DNA of 63,998 bases, the filler included, from Folioceros fuciformis (taxonomy: Eukaryota): NCBI GenBank assembly GCA_049999805.1. It is 4 parts of 4 records of this genome, joined end to end, with 100 filler letters (N's around TTAATTAATTAA, not from the genome) between each part and the next. Parts side by side here need not be neighbours in the genome. Positions count along the whole stretch, not along the records: positions 1 to 28,906 come from JBNGIO010004590.1; positions 29,007 to 44,093 come from JBNGIO010004592.1; 2 more parts are not named here. One strand, given 5' to 3'. This document shows, piece by piece, positions 24,556 to 38,816 of the stretch; positions within the stretch are counted from its first letter, which is position 1, and the number at the start of each line of letters is the position of its first letter. The translations under genes and the position numbers were made by a program. The notes beneath the pieces were generated by a model, which worked only from the letters and a program-made list of their open reading frames with translations, was not told the DNA's origin and searched no databases.

Positions 24556-24857
24556 TTAGCTATGGGAGCTGAGATTGCAGGGTCGTCTGGAAGTCCAGTA
24601 ATGACAATGAATCTCAAGTGTGCATGAAAAGGCCCATGGGATTCCGACTGCAAGATGCCGCCCCGACCACGTACAAAGCGTGTCACTGACGCTGTCTATA
24701 ATGGATGTATCGCGAGCCTTTGCGGCCATTCCCATGTTCATGTGAGGCAGTGCTGTCTGTCTTCCGAGGATATTTCCACCAATTTTCAGGGACGGACCTG
24801 ATAAAGTAAAAGCGATTTTCCTTTGTGCGAGGACGAGTGATTTTTGCTGCCTGAGTA

Positions 24858-24960
24858 ACCTTTCCTCATGAAGGAGGAAGGGCGACCTTTCCTCATGCAG
24901 AGGAAGGGTGACCTTTCCTCATGCAGAGGAAGGGTGACCTTTCCTCATGCAGAGGTAGGG
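24858..24960. repeat. 26-bp tandem repeat, about 4 copies
   Basis: ACCTTTCCTCATGCAGAGGAAGGGTG repeated. Confidence 0.9.
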
Positions 24961-27900
24961 GGTTGTAAAGGAAAGGGGGCCGTAAATATCTGTTTACACT
25001 AGGCTTCGTTCTACGAACATCTACATCTCAAGGCTTTAATTCTTTCTCTATCTACATCTCAAGGCTTTAATTCTTTCTCTTTTTTTTCTACTTCACAGTT
25101 AAGCTACCATCGTGAATTATACACACCACTTATTTCAGCATATTAGTCCACTTATTTCAGCATATTAGTGGTCATCACAATTACATCCATCGTAGTGGTC
25201 AGTGTAACTACATTCATCTATGAATACTAGTGGTCATTACAACTCCATCAGTACAACTACATTCATCTTTGCGTGTTAGTGGTCATATGCGAATACTAGT
25301 GGTCATTACAACTCCATCCTTCGCAAGAGAATGCACCAAAGGCAGATAGCAAGAAGCATAATTCATATTTGCTTTAGGTAGCAAGAAGCATAATTCATAT
25401 TTGCTTTTTCATCGAGATAGCTCTAGTTTTAGTTTTCATATTTTTACTTTTAACTTTCACCTTATTTTACTTGTACTATTACTCTCTCCCACTAGGAAGA
25501 TGCCATTGTCTTAATGTCCTCCAGTGTAACATGAGATCATTTATTATCCGTCTTGCCCATCTTGAAGTAACACCCAGAGAGCATCCGCTAAATCACAAAG
25601 CCTCACTAGATACTCTATAACATAACCACGGACAGAAGGCACTGCTCTCTCTGCTATGAATTCAACAACCCAGATACCTTTCATTGAACCCCATCCAATT
25701 CCTCTCAAAGATTTTGAGGCAATGCTCGTGGATGGTATATGTAGAATAGAGTTTCTTCTAGTAGTGCTGGCAAAGGAATTGCCAAGGACAATGAAGGAAG
25801 TACAATTACAAGGGAACTTTTGTGGGAGAAATCGAGGAGCATGCAAAGGGCACAAAGCTCAAAGGATAGTGACAATGGGTTCTCGAAAGGGAGTTTGTTT
25901 TTTGTGTGGAGAACCATAACATTATGCCAATGAATGCCCAAATGCTCAACAAACTTTGAATGTTGTTGAACACAACTATGGAGTGAAATCTTGTGTCCGA
26001 AGACACCGTGAGGTCCACATTCACCCTCTATGTCGTTGTAGTCGTATGATTCGATCCCAAGGGAATGATTTGTGCCAAGGAACGCTAACTTCTATCACTA
26101 CTAACCCTTACCTAAGTCAAGACTCACCTACTACCACCCCTACTACCCACCAGCTCAAGCCTTATTCCAAATGTCTTCAATCTTCCAGCAATGTCCACAA
26201 ATCTCCTGCAATCCTCCACAATCTTTCCCAATCTCCCACAAACGCCTAGAAATCTTCTAGAAAACATCTCCAATCAATATTTCACAAATCTCCAGCAATC
26301 TCTCAGCAATTCTTTTCAATTAGTTGCAGTTAGTTTTTCTCCTCAATCTCCTGACTCTCACCCCGCATCACGTTCAGTGATCAGCCACACTTCCCCTCTC
26401 TTGTCTCGCGCCTCGCATCGCGTTCAGTGCTTGGCCGCCCTTCTCTCCTTCTCTTCTCAACTCACTCACACATTCTCTTCACACACATCGCCAATCTTCG
26501 TCTTCATACACACTTCCACACTCAGAATTCCGGAACACAGCTAGCAGTTCAGGGAATAAGGGAAGAGAAATCTTCTTGATGTCATAGCACGCGTTACGAG
26601 CAAGCTCTAGACTCGCCCCGTGCCAATCTTTCAGCTCTTCTTCCCTTGTCAGCAAAACTTGCTCAATCATCCCCCTCACCACCAACCGTAAAGCAAAGCT
26701 CTCGACCACCATTAGGAGCTTCTCGCACACACTACCCACCCAAACTAGACGTCTCCAATCTAGCCACAGCCAGTGCACGATCTCAACCAGGAAGTTGTCT
26801 CACACACTGCAAATTTCGGAACACAGCCAGCAGTTCAGGGAATGAGGGAGGGAGGAGCTTCTGCACATCACAACAGGTGTTATGAGCAAGCTCCAGACCC
26901 GCCCCATGCCAATCCTTCAACTCCTCTTCTGTTGTCAGCAAAACTTGCTCAATCATCCTCCTCACCACTAGCTGCGGAGCAAAGCTCTCAACCACTTCTA
27001 GGAGCTTCCCCCACACACTACCCACCCAGACTAGATGTCTCCAATCCAGCCACAGGTAGCGCGGGGATCTCAACTAGGAAGTTGTCTAATTAGAGAGGCA
27101 CCAATAGGCCTCTTTAAAAAAAGTTGTTGAGTGGGTGCCACAGCCCGCCATATAATCTAGATCTAAAAATAGTCAACTTGAAAGGTGCCCTTAATTACGG
27201 GCATGTGGGGGAAAATATTGTACCCGGGGGTACAGCGCGGTCCACACAAACCCTCTATGTCGTTGTAGCTGTGGGATTCGCTCCCAAGGGAATGATTTGT
27301 GCTAATTAACATAGGTTTCTTCTAAAAGTCAGCTCTTACCTAGGTCAGGCTTTTAAAGACCTACCCCCAGTTCTACTACCTACAGGTTCCACTACCACTA
27401 CCCCCAAGTGGTCCAGCTACCACCTCTCAACTCTATGACTCCATGACTCGCTCAGCTACCGGGGTAGGGGTCTCTACAACCACTGACTTCTACAACCTCG
27501 GTCCCTACTCAGCAACCGCGATCGCTGGTTCCACAACCGTGGCGGGTCCCACAATGACCGTCGTGGTTCCATGACCGTGGCAGGCCCCACCCCAAACCCT
27601 AACTAATTATTTCTGGCGCAGGCGCCGCCGCGGGTTTCCACCCAGAGGTTTCTGCCCAAGCCTTCCAGACTCACAAATCTGGGCTTATTGAATGCCCCAC
27701 ACACATGCAAGTGCTGATCCTTAGGGAACAAGACCCTGCGGATTAGCCACACCTCCACACACACTCATGTAGCACTTCCCACACATGCAAAACACACACA
27801 AGAGCTCTGGTTCACAGTTGTTCCTCACAGGCCTGCCCCTCAAGGGCCTTCAATCTCCAACAATGTCCACCAATCTCCAACGATTCTTCAGCAATCTCCC

Positions 27901-29006
27901 ACAATCCCTCATAAGCTCCAACAAACTCCAACAACCACTCACAAACACTTCGAAATCTATTAGAAATTCTCTACAATTCGCATCCAATCTTCAGCACTCT
28001 TCCTCAATTCTCCAGCAACTTCTTAGCCGTTTTTCTTCAGCTCTCCGGCAGTGTTCCCAACTCTCCAGCAATCTTACAGCAACCTCAGCAACCTTCCACA
28101 ACCCTCCACAAACGTCCAGGGATTCCTCAAAAATTCCCCAGCAATGTCGTCCAAGCCTCAACAGTTTTTTCCAACAATTTCTCAGCGATTCTTCAGTTCT
28201 CCTAGGCCACACAGCTCTCTCTTCCTCACCAGATTCAGCACGCAGCTAATGGTTCAGGGAATAAGGGAAGGAGAAATACTCCCTCCAATCCATGCAATGG
28301 GTGGAGTGGAGGGAGTGTCTCGTCCCCCTCTCCTCAGCTACGGACCCAGATCAGTCCTCACTCACTCCTCCTCTTCACTCACTCCTTCAGCCTCCTTCTC
28401 CTCCTCTTCTCACTCACTCCTCCAACCTCCTTCTCCTTCTCCACTCACTCACTCCTTCATCCACACTCCAGCTCCTTATCTTCTCACACCCTCTCTTCTT
28501 CAACACCTTGATTCACAATGCAGCAAATGGTTCAGGGAATAAGAAAAAACTCTGCTTCCACTCTGCGCAGCTAGCATATTCGTCCTCCTCATCACTAACC
28601 ACGGACCACAGTCGGCCGTTCAGGGAATAAGGGAAGGAGAAGCTCTCCCTCCACTCCACGCAGCTGGTGGATTCGTCCCCCTCACTTTCCACTGCAGAAT
28701 GTTAAGAATGATTAATGTTGAGATTAATTAGTGCTAATCCAGCTTATTGAGTTTGTACTAATTAGTGGTAAGAGTGATAAAATTTATAAATAATATATAT
28801 ATATATAGCTTATTAGACTTTGTTATGTTAGGCAAAAAGGTATTGTAGGGTTTGGGGTTATTTATCCCATATTGGGCACGAAATGAGAGTGCCACCCATA
28901 GGTCCANNNNNNNNNNNNNNNNNNNNNNNNNNNNNNNNNNNNNNNNNNNNTTAATTAATTAANNNNNNNNNNNNNNNNNNNNNNNNNNNNNNNNNNNNNN
29001 NNNNNN

Positions 29007-29057
<51 letters not shown>

Positions 29058-29533
29058 CATAACCTCAATCACTCTTACCACTAATTAGTACAAACTCAAT
29101 AAGTTGGATTAGCACTAATTAATCTCAATATTAATCATGCTTAACACTAACAAGTTTGCTCTTCAAGCCCTCCACAGCTATGTTTCAAGGCTAGACTTCT
29201 CACTGTCTACCTCTGTCCCTCTCCTCTTTGTGTATCAGTGTATATATATCCTTAAGACCTTAACACTAGCCTATTTATACTCCACAGCTAAGCCACTGGT
29301 AATACTAGTAGTCATTACATCACTCATCTCATAATACTAATAATCATTATAACTCCATCCTTTTTAGGAGGTTTTGCGTGGAACACACATCTTGTTAAAA
29401 AGGAGGTAAAAGGAGGTTTTGCGTGGAATTTGTTTCCCAAGGCAACAAGAAGCATACTCAAGAAGCATACTCGCTTTAACTTTCACCTTTCTATTTTTAA
29501 TTTTTACTTTATTTCACTTATACCATTACTACA
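24961..29533 (+). mobile_element. Nest of degraded LTR-retrotransposon sequence (gag zinc knuckle, repeated LTR-like blocks)
   Basis: CFLCGEP*HYANEC knuckle at ~25895-25940. Block ~25995-26075 recurs at ~27218-27302. GTTCAGGGAAT(A/G)AG motif recurs at ~26547, 26833, 28252, 28530 and 28618. ~25290-25480 resembles ~29310-29530. Confidence 0.55.
28700..29146. mobile_element. Two partial copies of the ~395-bp LTR family in opposite orientation flanking an assembly gap
   Basis: TGTTAAG(A/C)ATGATTAAT... at 28700 (+) and its reverse complement ending at 29146. Same sequence as 43519-43914 and 63179-63572. Confidence 0.8.
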
Positions 29534-29867
29534 TGAATCATTTCGTGCCGAGGTACCACAAGGTTAGAAAATTGCCTTGGGGCTGTGCAATTCAGGCGAC
29601 GTTTTTTTGACAGTCAAGGTTGAGTAGAGATTGGTAAGTACCAACATATAACTTCACACGAACACTAGCGGTGTCCAAAATGGAAACAGCTACATCAGTA
29701 AAGTCAATCTGGTGCCCTCACATGACACCAGATCCAAGAAACGGCACTTTTTATATCCAGTGCGATCGTGTGCAATGGAATCCCCCATAGTTGGATGGGC
29801 TGTGCAATGCAACAAAGCAGGATTTGTAGGACAGTTTGAGAGATGGTCATCCAAATAGGCAAGATGC

Positions 29868-32800
29868 TTAAAAAAGATCCAGCTTCTTCTTCAAAGCCAT
29901 CTGCTTCCACTTTGGAAGTTGAGCAAACTCCTGCTTGTCCATCCCGAAAAGCTTTTCAAACTCAACACTGCTCAAGTACGACTGTGCAAAGAGACATGCA
30001 TCAGCGTAGGTCTGGGGGGGGGCATCCAATTGCCACACGATAGAGAATTCCTGATCATGTACTGATACACAACATACTCAATTGCATTGTGGGAAGGGAA
30101 GTAGCAGACCTCTCTCCTTGTTGCATCGATGGAGTCAACAGGATACAGTGAGCCGATTTTCAGACGGCTAAATGGGAAAACATTGTCAGGGGCATCCTCA
30201 TTCACAATTTCTTCAAATTCTTCACATACAACTGTCTCACAACTGGGGCTGATGTCAGACTGATCCAAGACCTGAACTTTTTGATTTGGGGAGGACAAAG
30301 CAACCCAGTTACCTTCTGCAGCAATAAAGAACACATGAGAAACAGTCTCTAAACGACGACAACAATTAAACAGCTAGGACAGGCAACCTCACCCGGAGCC
30401 TTGTGAGGCCGCGAATTTGGAGACGTCTCGAGTACAGAAGAGAGTGCCGCTAGAGCAGCTGCTCGTTGTGATGCAGGTCTCACAATGGCATTATCCAGGC
30501 GTGAAACTGTCCGTCCAGATGGTTCCGCCCCTGGAGAGTGTTTCACACTTCTGCTCGAAGCGCTTGATGACACATCCCCAGCCACTGGAGAGTTCCATAC
30601 AGATGAAAGGGCAGCCATGGCTGCGGCCCTCTGTGTGGACCCTCCTTCCACTTTCGTTTTGAGCACGTTGTCTTCAATCTCAGCTTGTGTTTTGAGCACG
30701 GCAGAGTCATCACTACCAGTAGAATCTGAGTCTGAAGTCGGATCAAGAACCCTAGGTGGCGAAACTGTGTACCCCGGCACCCTGCGATTCAGGCCCTGTA
30801 CAACGTGTCGATCTAAGGTCTGTTAATAAATCTACAGCTCTACAGAAGACATAAAACAAGAAGCATCAAAGAGAGACCTCCGCGTCTTGCTTGAGGAATC
30901 GCCCCTGCGTGATGGCGATTTTTTGTTCGTATAGATCAGATAGAGGCTGCAGCACATTCTTCGGGAATTAGTTTTCTTAGCCCCTAAGCTTCTCTTATGT
31001 TGAATTGTGTAATTCGGTCGACAACTCTTACAATAGCTTTTGCCGTATCCCAGGAGAACCATCTAGTGAAGAATGGCGGCTCGTATCCCTGTAACACTTG
31101 ATACAGAGACATTAATGGCGACGATCCTTCAGTTGCAGCAGCATGATTAATGTACGCCTGCAGGCCAACAGTGCGATATATCACCCAGTGAGATATACAT
31201 AAATACATATCATCTTTTTCATGCAGGAGCTGATGTACGTTATCAAGCAAGCACCTGGCCAAGGCTGAGAGCATAGGATTTCCGCTGTCGCGTACATTGC
31301 TGACCTACCCACACAAAAACTTCCAAAGAAGTGTCCAAAATCACTATGTCATCACTCAACAAGTCATCCTGATCGAAGTTAAAGACTTCCTTAAACTGCC
31401 AAACACAGCACGACATCAAGACCTGCACAGACATAACGACATCAATACAAACGATAGTCTGCCACAAAGTAAGAGATCCACTTACACGTTCGCCTGCATC
31501 TTGACACAGTCCAAAGAATATGTAAAGCTTATTAGACAAATTCACGGGGACACAGCTAACTGACTCAAACGGAAAATGTCTGTATGCAAGTGCATAGAAC
31601 AACAGTGTTAAATTTGACAAGCTGCTACGCGTGCTGAACAAAGCCAACTCGAGATTGCATTCACGACATAAGTAAAAAAAAAAACCTTTTCCATGTACGC
31701 AACCGAACATGCGAGTATCCTTTTCAGCGCCTTTCAGTTTCGGAGTACTTGCATAACCTCTTTTGCCCCCAAGTGCATTCCAAAAAGGCGTCGATTCAAC
31801 ACCTTCCTTTAATGCTTTCACAGGACAACCAGGCTGCTCAAGAAAAACTGTAAATCGTTATTGGTGCTGATGGGGTCCCCGTTCTACGTTAACAGTTCCA
31901 GTTTCATTGTCACGACATTCAAATCACACAAGAGCATGCAAAATTCTGGCCAGGCATAGACAACACGTGCTTGTCATTTGAACCTTAAATTTCTCTGCAA
32001 CTTGAATGGCCATTTTCTGCTCTGCCGGGCTTGTTGAGCTCCCATACCAGAGGAACAACATAGCGTCCGTGGCAAGAACGAAGCACTCTCCAGAATTTAA
32101 AGATGCTGCAACCTGCAAACCACAGCAATCATGAGAGCCCTTAGATCACCTGAGTGTCATGGTTGCTCGTAGGACTTTGTGCCCCCGATTATTATCATGA
32201 ACACAGCCCTCAATCCGTCCGCAGCTCAGACTACACGCACGAGCACACGGGTTCAAGAAACTACAAATGATGTCTGCACATGGCTGTTATGGTCCCAAAT
32301 GGGGTTTAATTATGACATCTTGATCCTGCATCAAAGACATGACCATAAATTCTGAAGAGATGCCCAGCCGAAGGTGGAAAACAAGTGGGAAACTACCGCA
32401 TCAACTTGCATGGCCTGCGTACTCCAAGGTCCTGTTTGTTGTACTCGAAGTAAGGTTATGCGGTGATCTGTTGAAGTCACCCTATCCTCCCCAACTTCAG
32501 AATTCGGAATTGAAGTATCAGCACTAGATGAAGCCTACAAGAAGAGCAAAGAGAACTTAAAGAACAATATGCACTCTGACGTACATCTCCTTACATTCAA
32601 CACAAACCCAGAGATGGTCCAAGATAATATAACCAGCAAACGAACCTCTAGTACAATCATGGATCTGAACAAAGCACTAAAGTATGCAGGTTCCTTTCCT
32701 TGGTGTACACGACCCTGCGAGGAGAGAGATACGGGATATTGAGATTCTGTACAAGGAGGAATCCATCAAACTGAATCCCAACAAGTCGGGTTTTAAAATG

Positions 32801-35495
32801 AGCAAAGCCAGTAAACCTCAACCTGAACAGAACCTTTCAGTCTGCTTGAAATCTCGCTGCAGAAATTTGCAGCAGTCCTTTGGATGGTCTGCAGGAAGCC
32901 AGCTGTGCATGAGGAGTATGGAAGAAAATGGTGATGCAGAAACGGCCGCTTGACCATTTGTCCTATTAAACTTCAGGGCTGAAGCCAATCTCAAGCAGTC
33001 AGCCGCACCAGTAAGCTATGCTGTCCAAACCATAACCAAATGACAACATTGTTCTTTCGATCTGGGCCTGGAAAGGTGTACACCACAATGTAGCAATGGC
33101 CAGAGTAAAACTTCCCAAACTCTTCAGGGGGTACAGGAATTTTGGAGGCGTTGATGACCTGCCAGATCTGGCAAAAGAAAGTATTCATTTAGAAAGTATC
33201 TGCTTCCCTCCGAGCAAAGTAAGTTAGACATATCCAACGAAATTCCTAACTATTTGAGGTTTGCAGGATCAAGTTTAAGCAGATCTCTGACGAGGTCCAA
33301 ACATATTTCAGTCGCATTCCCCACATTAAAATATCCTACATCACAGAACGAGAAGGACTACAAATACAGGTAGTAAGTTTGATCCAGGTAAATGCGCACC
33401 TCCAAATTTCCAGTACTGTCAAGTAGAAGTGGATCATCTGCTACAATTCCTCCACGAATGCCATTTACATTGACACCTTGCTGCTTCAACAAGACTGCCA
33501 AGGCAGTTGAAACAAGCCCGTCATCATGCTAGATGGGTGAAAGCAGCATGGTGCTCCTATTTAAAAACGAGGTCAGGCACAACCATCCAGATCCCGAAGG
33601 GTGATAGCACCTGCAATTTTGCCTCTCCCATCTTCAGATACTGATCTTGTGGCACTAAGTGGCCAGTTGTCAAAGTTGGACCTAAACATAGGTGTTTCAA
33701 AACCCTCCATGACTCTCGTGATCTGGGTGTATCCTCGCCTTTTCTGGCTTGTAACCAACCTCTACCATACGTATACTCCCATCAGCTCAAACTTCATGAA
33801 TCAGATTGAATGTATAGAGCACACTCTGAAAATGCTTGCCTCTGCTTGTACTGAAGCAGCTTTCCTGTCATTGAGAGAAGTGTTCCTCCCAGTCCACACA
33901 TAAACTTCAGCTCCACAATCTAGAAGGTAGCACTTGTCAGTTGTCAACAGTTCTCTTGTCAAAGCTGTGGCCTGAATCTCTTTTTCGTGTCCTGCAGAGA
34001 TACTGTTCTCATACCATTTGGCATGGTACCGATGTCAGTCCACACTGGTTTGCAAAGAAGTGGAGACTCCAGAGTTCTCTTAATAAAATTCAGCAAAAAA
34101 CTAATATTTTCTTGCTATCTTGGGGTTGAGGTATACCACTGTAGTTTCATTGTGGTAGCTTCTACCACATCATCATCCTCCGCGTCTCTCTTCCTTGGGA
34201 GAGGTGCAAAGCCTCCGAAAAGCACCCAAAACTGGCCCGTGTCTTCTTCAACTCCAAGCATACCATCATCTGTGCAGAGTTGACATTCATGATGACGCAA
34301 CAGGAGGAGGCAAGGAAGAAAACTACAGTTCCTCCACATGTCAAACAAGATCACCTACCAATTATGACCACCTCACACTTGCCATCATGATTAGTGTCCT
34401 TAATATATTGTACGACTTCCAGAGCCTTGACTCTTTCTTGAATAGTGGATGACTGACCATTAAACTGAAATAGCTTACTGCTTGTGTCGAGGATGAATAC
34501 ATCAGTATGATTTAAGGAAGACCGAGCAAAGGGTACCTGCACAATGCATACACATGCCAACACTGATATCCTGAGCATAAGAGACCACAGGACGAGAGAA
34601 GCGTCTGACCCACAACACAACTTGCCTGCTTCACGCGTACCCTCCGTCGACCTTTGCATAAAAAGAGGCAAGGTTTGTATTCCTCTAGCTCAACTATCTT
34701 GAAACCTGAGGACACTCCTCCTTCGAGGGGAATAACACAGGGCTTGAAGTAGGACAGAAACAAGTCTGTTTCCTGACCTTCAACTTCCCTGTACTCAACA
34801 GCTCGCCCACCAAGCGCTGCATCAAGTTCCACCGTCTTCATAGCAGCCACCCCAGCCTCATCCTAAACCACCGCTGAGGCTAATTATGGATTTGGCTTAG
34901 CTCACGGCAGATGCTACTGCGATCTAGAGAGGCACACAACTCCACAAGCCACTCGTAAGGTCAAGTCACCTGACTCGTGTCTTTCCCCAGCCAAAAATGG
35001 ACATCAAAGTGTAGCGCTCCACTCTTCAAGGTACTCGCCTGCAGATAAAGGACAGTGTCATTCACAGGAGCCAACAACAAAGAGCAGAAGAGATCATTGG
35101 GTCCTTACTCGTAACACGATATAGGAGTCTCCAGAGTAAAACTTGCCATGCTCACGTCTGGGTAACAGGACAGGCCGGAAAGTTTCGATGCGCCATATCT
35201 CCATACCTCTTTACCAGTCAAAAATTAAGACTTCCCATACTACTTTGGAAGACAGATGATGCTCGAGTTATTGCAAGCACAGGGCAAGATACAAGCAGAC
35301 CACAGAGAAGCCTGTTGAAGTTACATGTTACCGAGGAATAAATAACAAAGAAACTGTGAAACAATAATGTGCCCCTTAATTTGTCAGACACTTGCAACAT
35401 TTTGCAGCTATATACGCCCAGAGAGGTTTAAGAGGATACGCCTTTAAACCGACGCCTTGGAAGGCAGGGTCGACATCCTTCATCGAGACACCCAT
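29868..35495 (-). CDS. VLN: Villin (six gelsolin repeats + headpiece), multi-exon
   Basis: Starts [16 protein letters not shown]. Contains [78 protein letters not shown] and [15 protein letters not shown]. Headpiece [16 protein letters not shown] with stop at 29868-29870. Confidence 0.95.
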
Positions 35496-35926
35496 CACCA
35501 GACTGCAGAAGTCCGATGATCCACAGTGAGGCAGGGCATGGAGGGATCGATGATGAAAGCCGATCCCAAGAGTCGGCAGGTTAGAAACAGGTGGCTATCG
35601 CATTCGAACACGCTCAAGAGAATGCACCATCGGATCTAAAGACCGGTGGAACCTCCATGAATGCCGAAAGACAGTGTTGATGAGACTGGCGTGCTTACCC
35701 GGCAACGATGACCCCCAGACTCTCCAGAGACTGGGCGNNNNNNNNNNNNNNNNNNNNNNNNNNNNNNNNNNNNNNNNNNNNNNNNNNNNNNNNNNNNNNN
35801 NNNNNNNNNNNNNNNNNNNNNNNNNNNNNNNNNNNNNGGGCGACCAGAGGATCGACCCGCGACAGGCGATTTCACACGACGAGAAGAGCCCCCGTGAGAA
35901 ACAGACCGCGATGAACATAAAGACGT

Positions 35927-36070
35927 GATGAACACTAAGACAGTGGGCTCACTATGGATCCTCTCGACAGACAAGAGTGATGAACTCCAAGACGGTGAGC
36001 TCACTATGGATCCTCTCGACAAACAGGAGTGAAGAACGCCAACACGGTGAGCTCGTTATGGATCCTCTCG
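35927..36070. repeat. 52-bp tandem repeat, about 3 copies, between the AGPase 3' end and the villin 5' end
   Basis: Units start at 35927, 35979 and 36031 (core GAGCTCACTATGGATCCTCTCGA). Confidence 0.85.
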
Positions 36071-36332
36071 AGTACTGCGCACCCGCAATAGAATTCCATA
36101 CTTGAGACCATGGCCCACCCAGGTTGAGCCTCGCTTGTGACGTTTCGAATTCACACCACTGGAAAAGGTACAAAAACCCTGTACGTCGAACCACGTCCGG
36201 AATATCAGCTCTGTATTTAGTGAAACATCGGTCCGCTTCTCTCTTCAAACTTTCAGACTACGGTCTCCTATCCACGTCCTATCTGGGCCATCGCGATTAT
36301 GGTGCAACACGACACCCTTCAAATGCTGTTCT

Positions 36333-38816
36333 TTAGATAATGGTGTTGTTTGGAACAATTGCATCCTTAATGATCGTGACAATGCCACCCTTAATGAAGT
36401 ACCCATCCGTCTCCCTCGATGCCTCTTGCACATCATCCTTATTTACTATCTGAAAACCATATCAAATACGCCATGAGACATTGGTTAAGAGGTCCCCAAT
36501 ATTACGCTTTAAGAGTTTTTTAATATTAAAACTAATGATATTATCATTGTTGAAGTGAAGCAGAAAAACGCAAACCAAGGGGAAACAAAGACCGACCTTC
36601 ACATCCTCACCAATCCGGGCATTCTTATCAATTATGGCCCTCTTGATGATGGAATTCCGGCCTATTCCAATTGGAATGCCTCCTGCAGCTAAAAGCTCTT
36701 GTCGCTGCCTATCTGTCTGTAGAAGCAGAAAAAAATAAAAGTCAGGAATGCGCTTGTCAACATACTATGCCAACAGAGGAGCGAAGGGCATAGAACATGT
36801 TATATCAACACAGACAGCAGTGTTAAAAACGATGGGCTCCAAGACTCAAGTCTGCGGGAGTGCTGATCACCTCATAGTAGTCAGCACCCATAAGGAGGGC
36901 ATCTTCTATAAATGCTCCTTCTCCAACCCAGGACCGTAGGCCCACGACAGAGTGATGTATTTTACAATTCTGCAAGTCACAAGTATCAACAACCGAACAA
37001 CACAGATCCTGGATGCATCACACGCATATTTTGGGCTACAATTCAAGCTCAACCTGTTCCCAGTCCATTAATTAACATCACAATTGAGAACGACAGACCT
37101 TAATGACACAGCCTTCACCAATTACGCTGTCAGTGACGTCAGCATCTAACATCTTGGACGGAGGCAAAAATCGGGCGAGAGTGTAAATAGGGGCAGATCT
37201 GTCGTAGAAACTGCTAACAACAAACACGTATCAGCCACGCACTTCAAGTCCAAATAACAGCGTGAAAATACCCAAAGCGCGAAAACATGGGTGAGGAAGA
37301 ATGACCTGAAATCAGGAATTGGTTTCTTCGTGATGCCTAAGTTTGCATTGTAGAATGCCTCAATGGTCCCAATATCTTCCCAGTAACCATCGTAGAGATA
37401 TGCTTGGACCTACCAAACACCACAACAGACACCACAACGCGAAGACTCAAACTACCTTTAATACCTCACTGTGAACTGCTTGGTAGACATTTCTCCAGTA
37501 AATTGGAACTGGTCAAGTATAGATTGACAGAATACCTTCATCCCTATCCGTGTTGCCCCAGGAATAACTTCACTCCCAAAATCATTAGCGTCTGGAAAGT
37601 CATTTCGCAAGAGTTTTATCATGGCTTCTTTGCTCACGACATAAATACCCATACTTGCTATATAGGGCAACTCTTTCGCTCGCTCCTCATCCAGACCCAG
37701 TACTGTGGTATCCACCTGTTAACTGAGGCATTTGTCAGCCAGTGCTTTACACTCAAAAGCCTCCAACCTGCACTAGTATGTACAAAGAGAGATTAAACCT
37801 TCATCGCGGAGAGCGCATCGCCTTTAGGCTTCTCTGCAAACTCAATAATACGACCCTGGTCATCGATTTTCATTAGACCAAACGCCGTTGCACGCTTCTC
37901 GTCCATGGGCAACGCTGCGACCGTGATGTCCGCGTTGGTCTCTCGATGTACTTGAATAAATTTCTGATAGTCCATACGGTACAGATGGTCCCCTGCCAAT
38001 ACCAAAAACTCTAAAACCTGCTGCTCCTCGAAAAGCCACAGATATTGTCTCACGGCATCTGCTGTACCCTGCGATCACACAAGCTACCAACATAGTACAC
38101 GAGGTTGCGAACACCTCCACAACTTGAAAAACCGCAAGCAGAAACAGTTTACCTGAAACCAATTGGGGTTTTCGGGACTCTGTTGAGCTGCTAAGACCTC
38201 AACGAACCCCTCATTCTTATAGCCGCCCATGTTACTCGCATAAGCACGTGACAAGTGCCGATTTAGAGAAGCTGAGTTGAATTGCGTGAGGACATAAATC
38301 TTCTGAATGTTGCTGTTGATGCAGTTGCTGACCGGAATATCTATCAAACGATAGTTTGCCCCAAGTGGAACTGCTGGCTTTGCTCGCTTCTTAGTCAGGG
38401 GATACAGTCGCGTTCCAGCACCTCCCCCCAATATGATCCCCAACACGCTCTGCACGTTCGAAAGACATAGTCAGCACAACTTTCACCAACTCCTCTTACT
38501 ACAGCACGAAGGACTGGCAACAGTCGATAAATTCTAACTCAAGTACCCTCCCGGCATCTGGATCGAGGCAACTGTCCCCGCTGGCACTTTGTGAGTCGGA
38601 GACCGCTCGGATTTGTAAATTATGGAGCTTACGAGACCTCCACGGAATGGAATCAATGTTTGCAACCAGAGAGTGGAAGCCTCCCAATGCAGCAGCCGAA
38701 GATAAAGAGCGTGACACCGAGCGCAGCGGCGATGACAGACGGAGAGCATCGCAGCTCTTGCCGGCGACATAACAGACGCACCCGCCAGCAGCCATGGTAA
38801 CGAAAGACTTAGCCAT
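36333..38816 (-). CDS. APS1: ADP-glucose pyrophosphorylase small subunit, plastid
   Basis: Transit peptide then [74 protein letters not shown] and [12 protein letters not shown]. Ends [23 protein letters not shown]. The SCLDP Cys and YPLTKK motif are small-subunit features. Confidence 0.95.

Noticed and set aside
27785-28630. Ser/Leu/Gln-rich ORFs
   Set aside because: They derive from strand-biased C/T/A-rich low-complexity sequence within the retroelement nest.
28951-28962. TTAATTAATTAA palindrome inside N-runs (also 44138-44149 and 62842-62853)
   Set aside because: An identical stop-in-all-frames spacer centred in gaps is an assembly marker, not biology.
28700-29146. Apparent inverted-repeat (TIR) element
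   Set aside because: The arms are the same end of an LTR family seen elsewhere in the window and flank a gap, so the orientation may be a scaffolding artefact.
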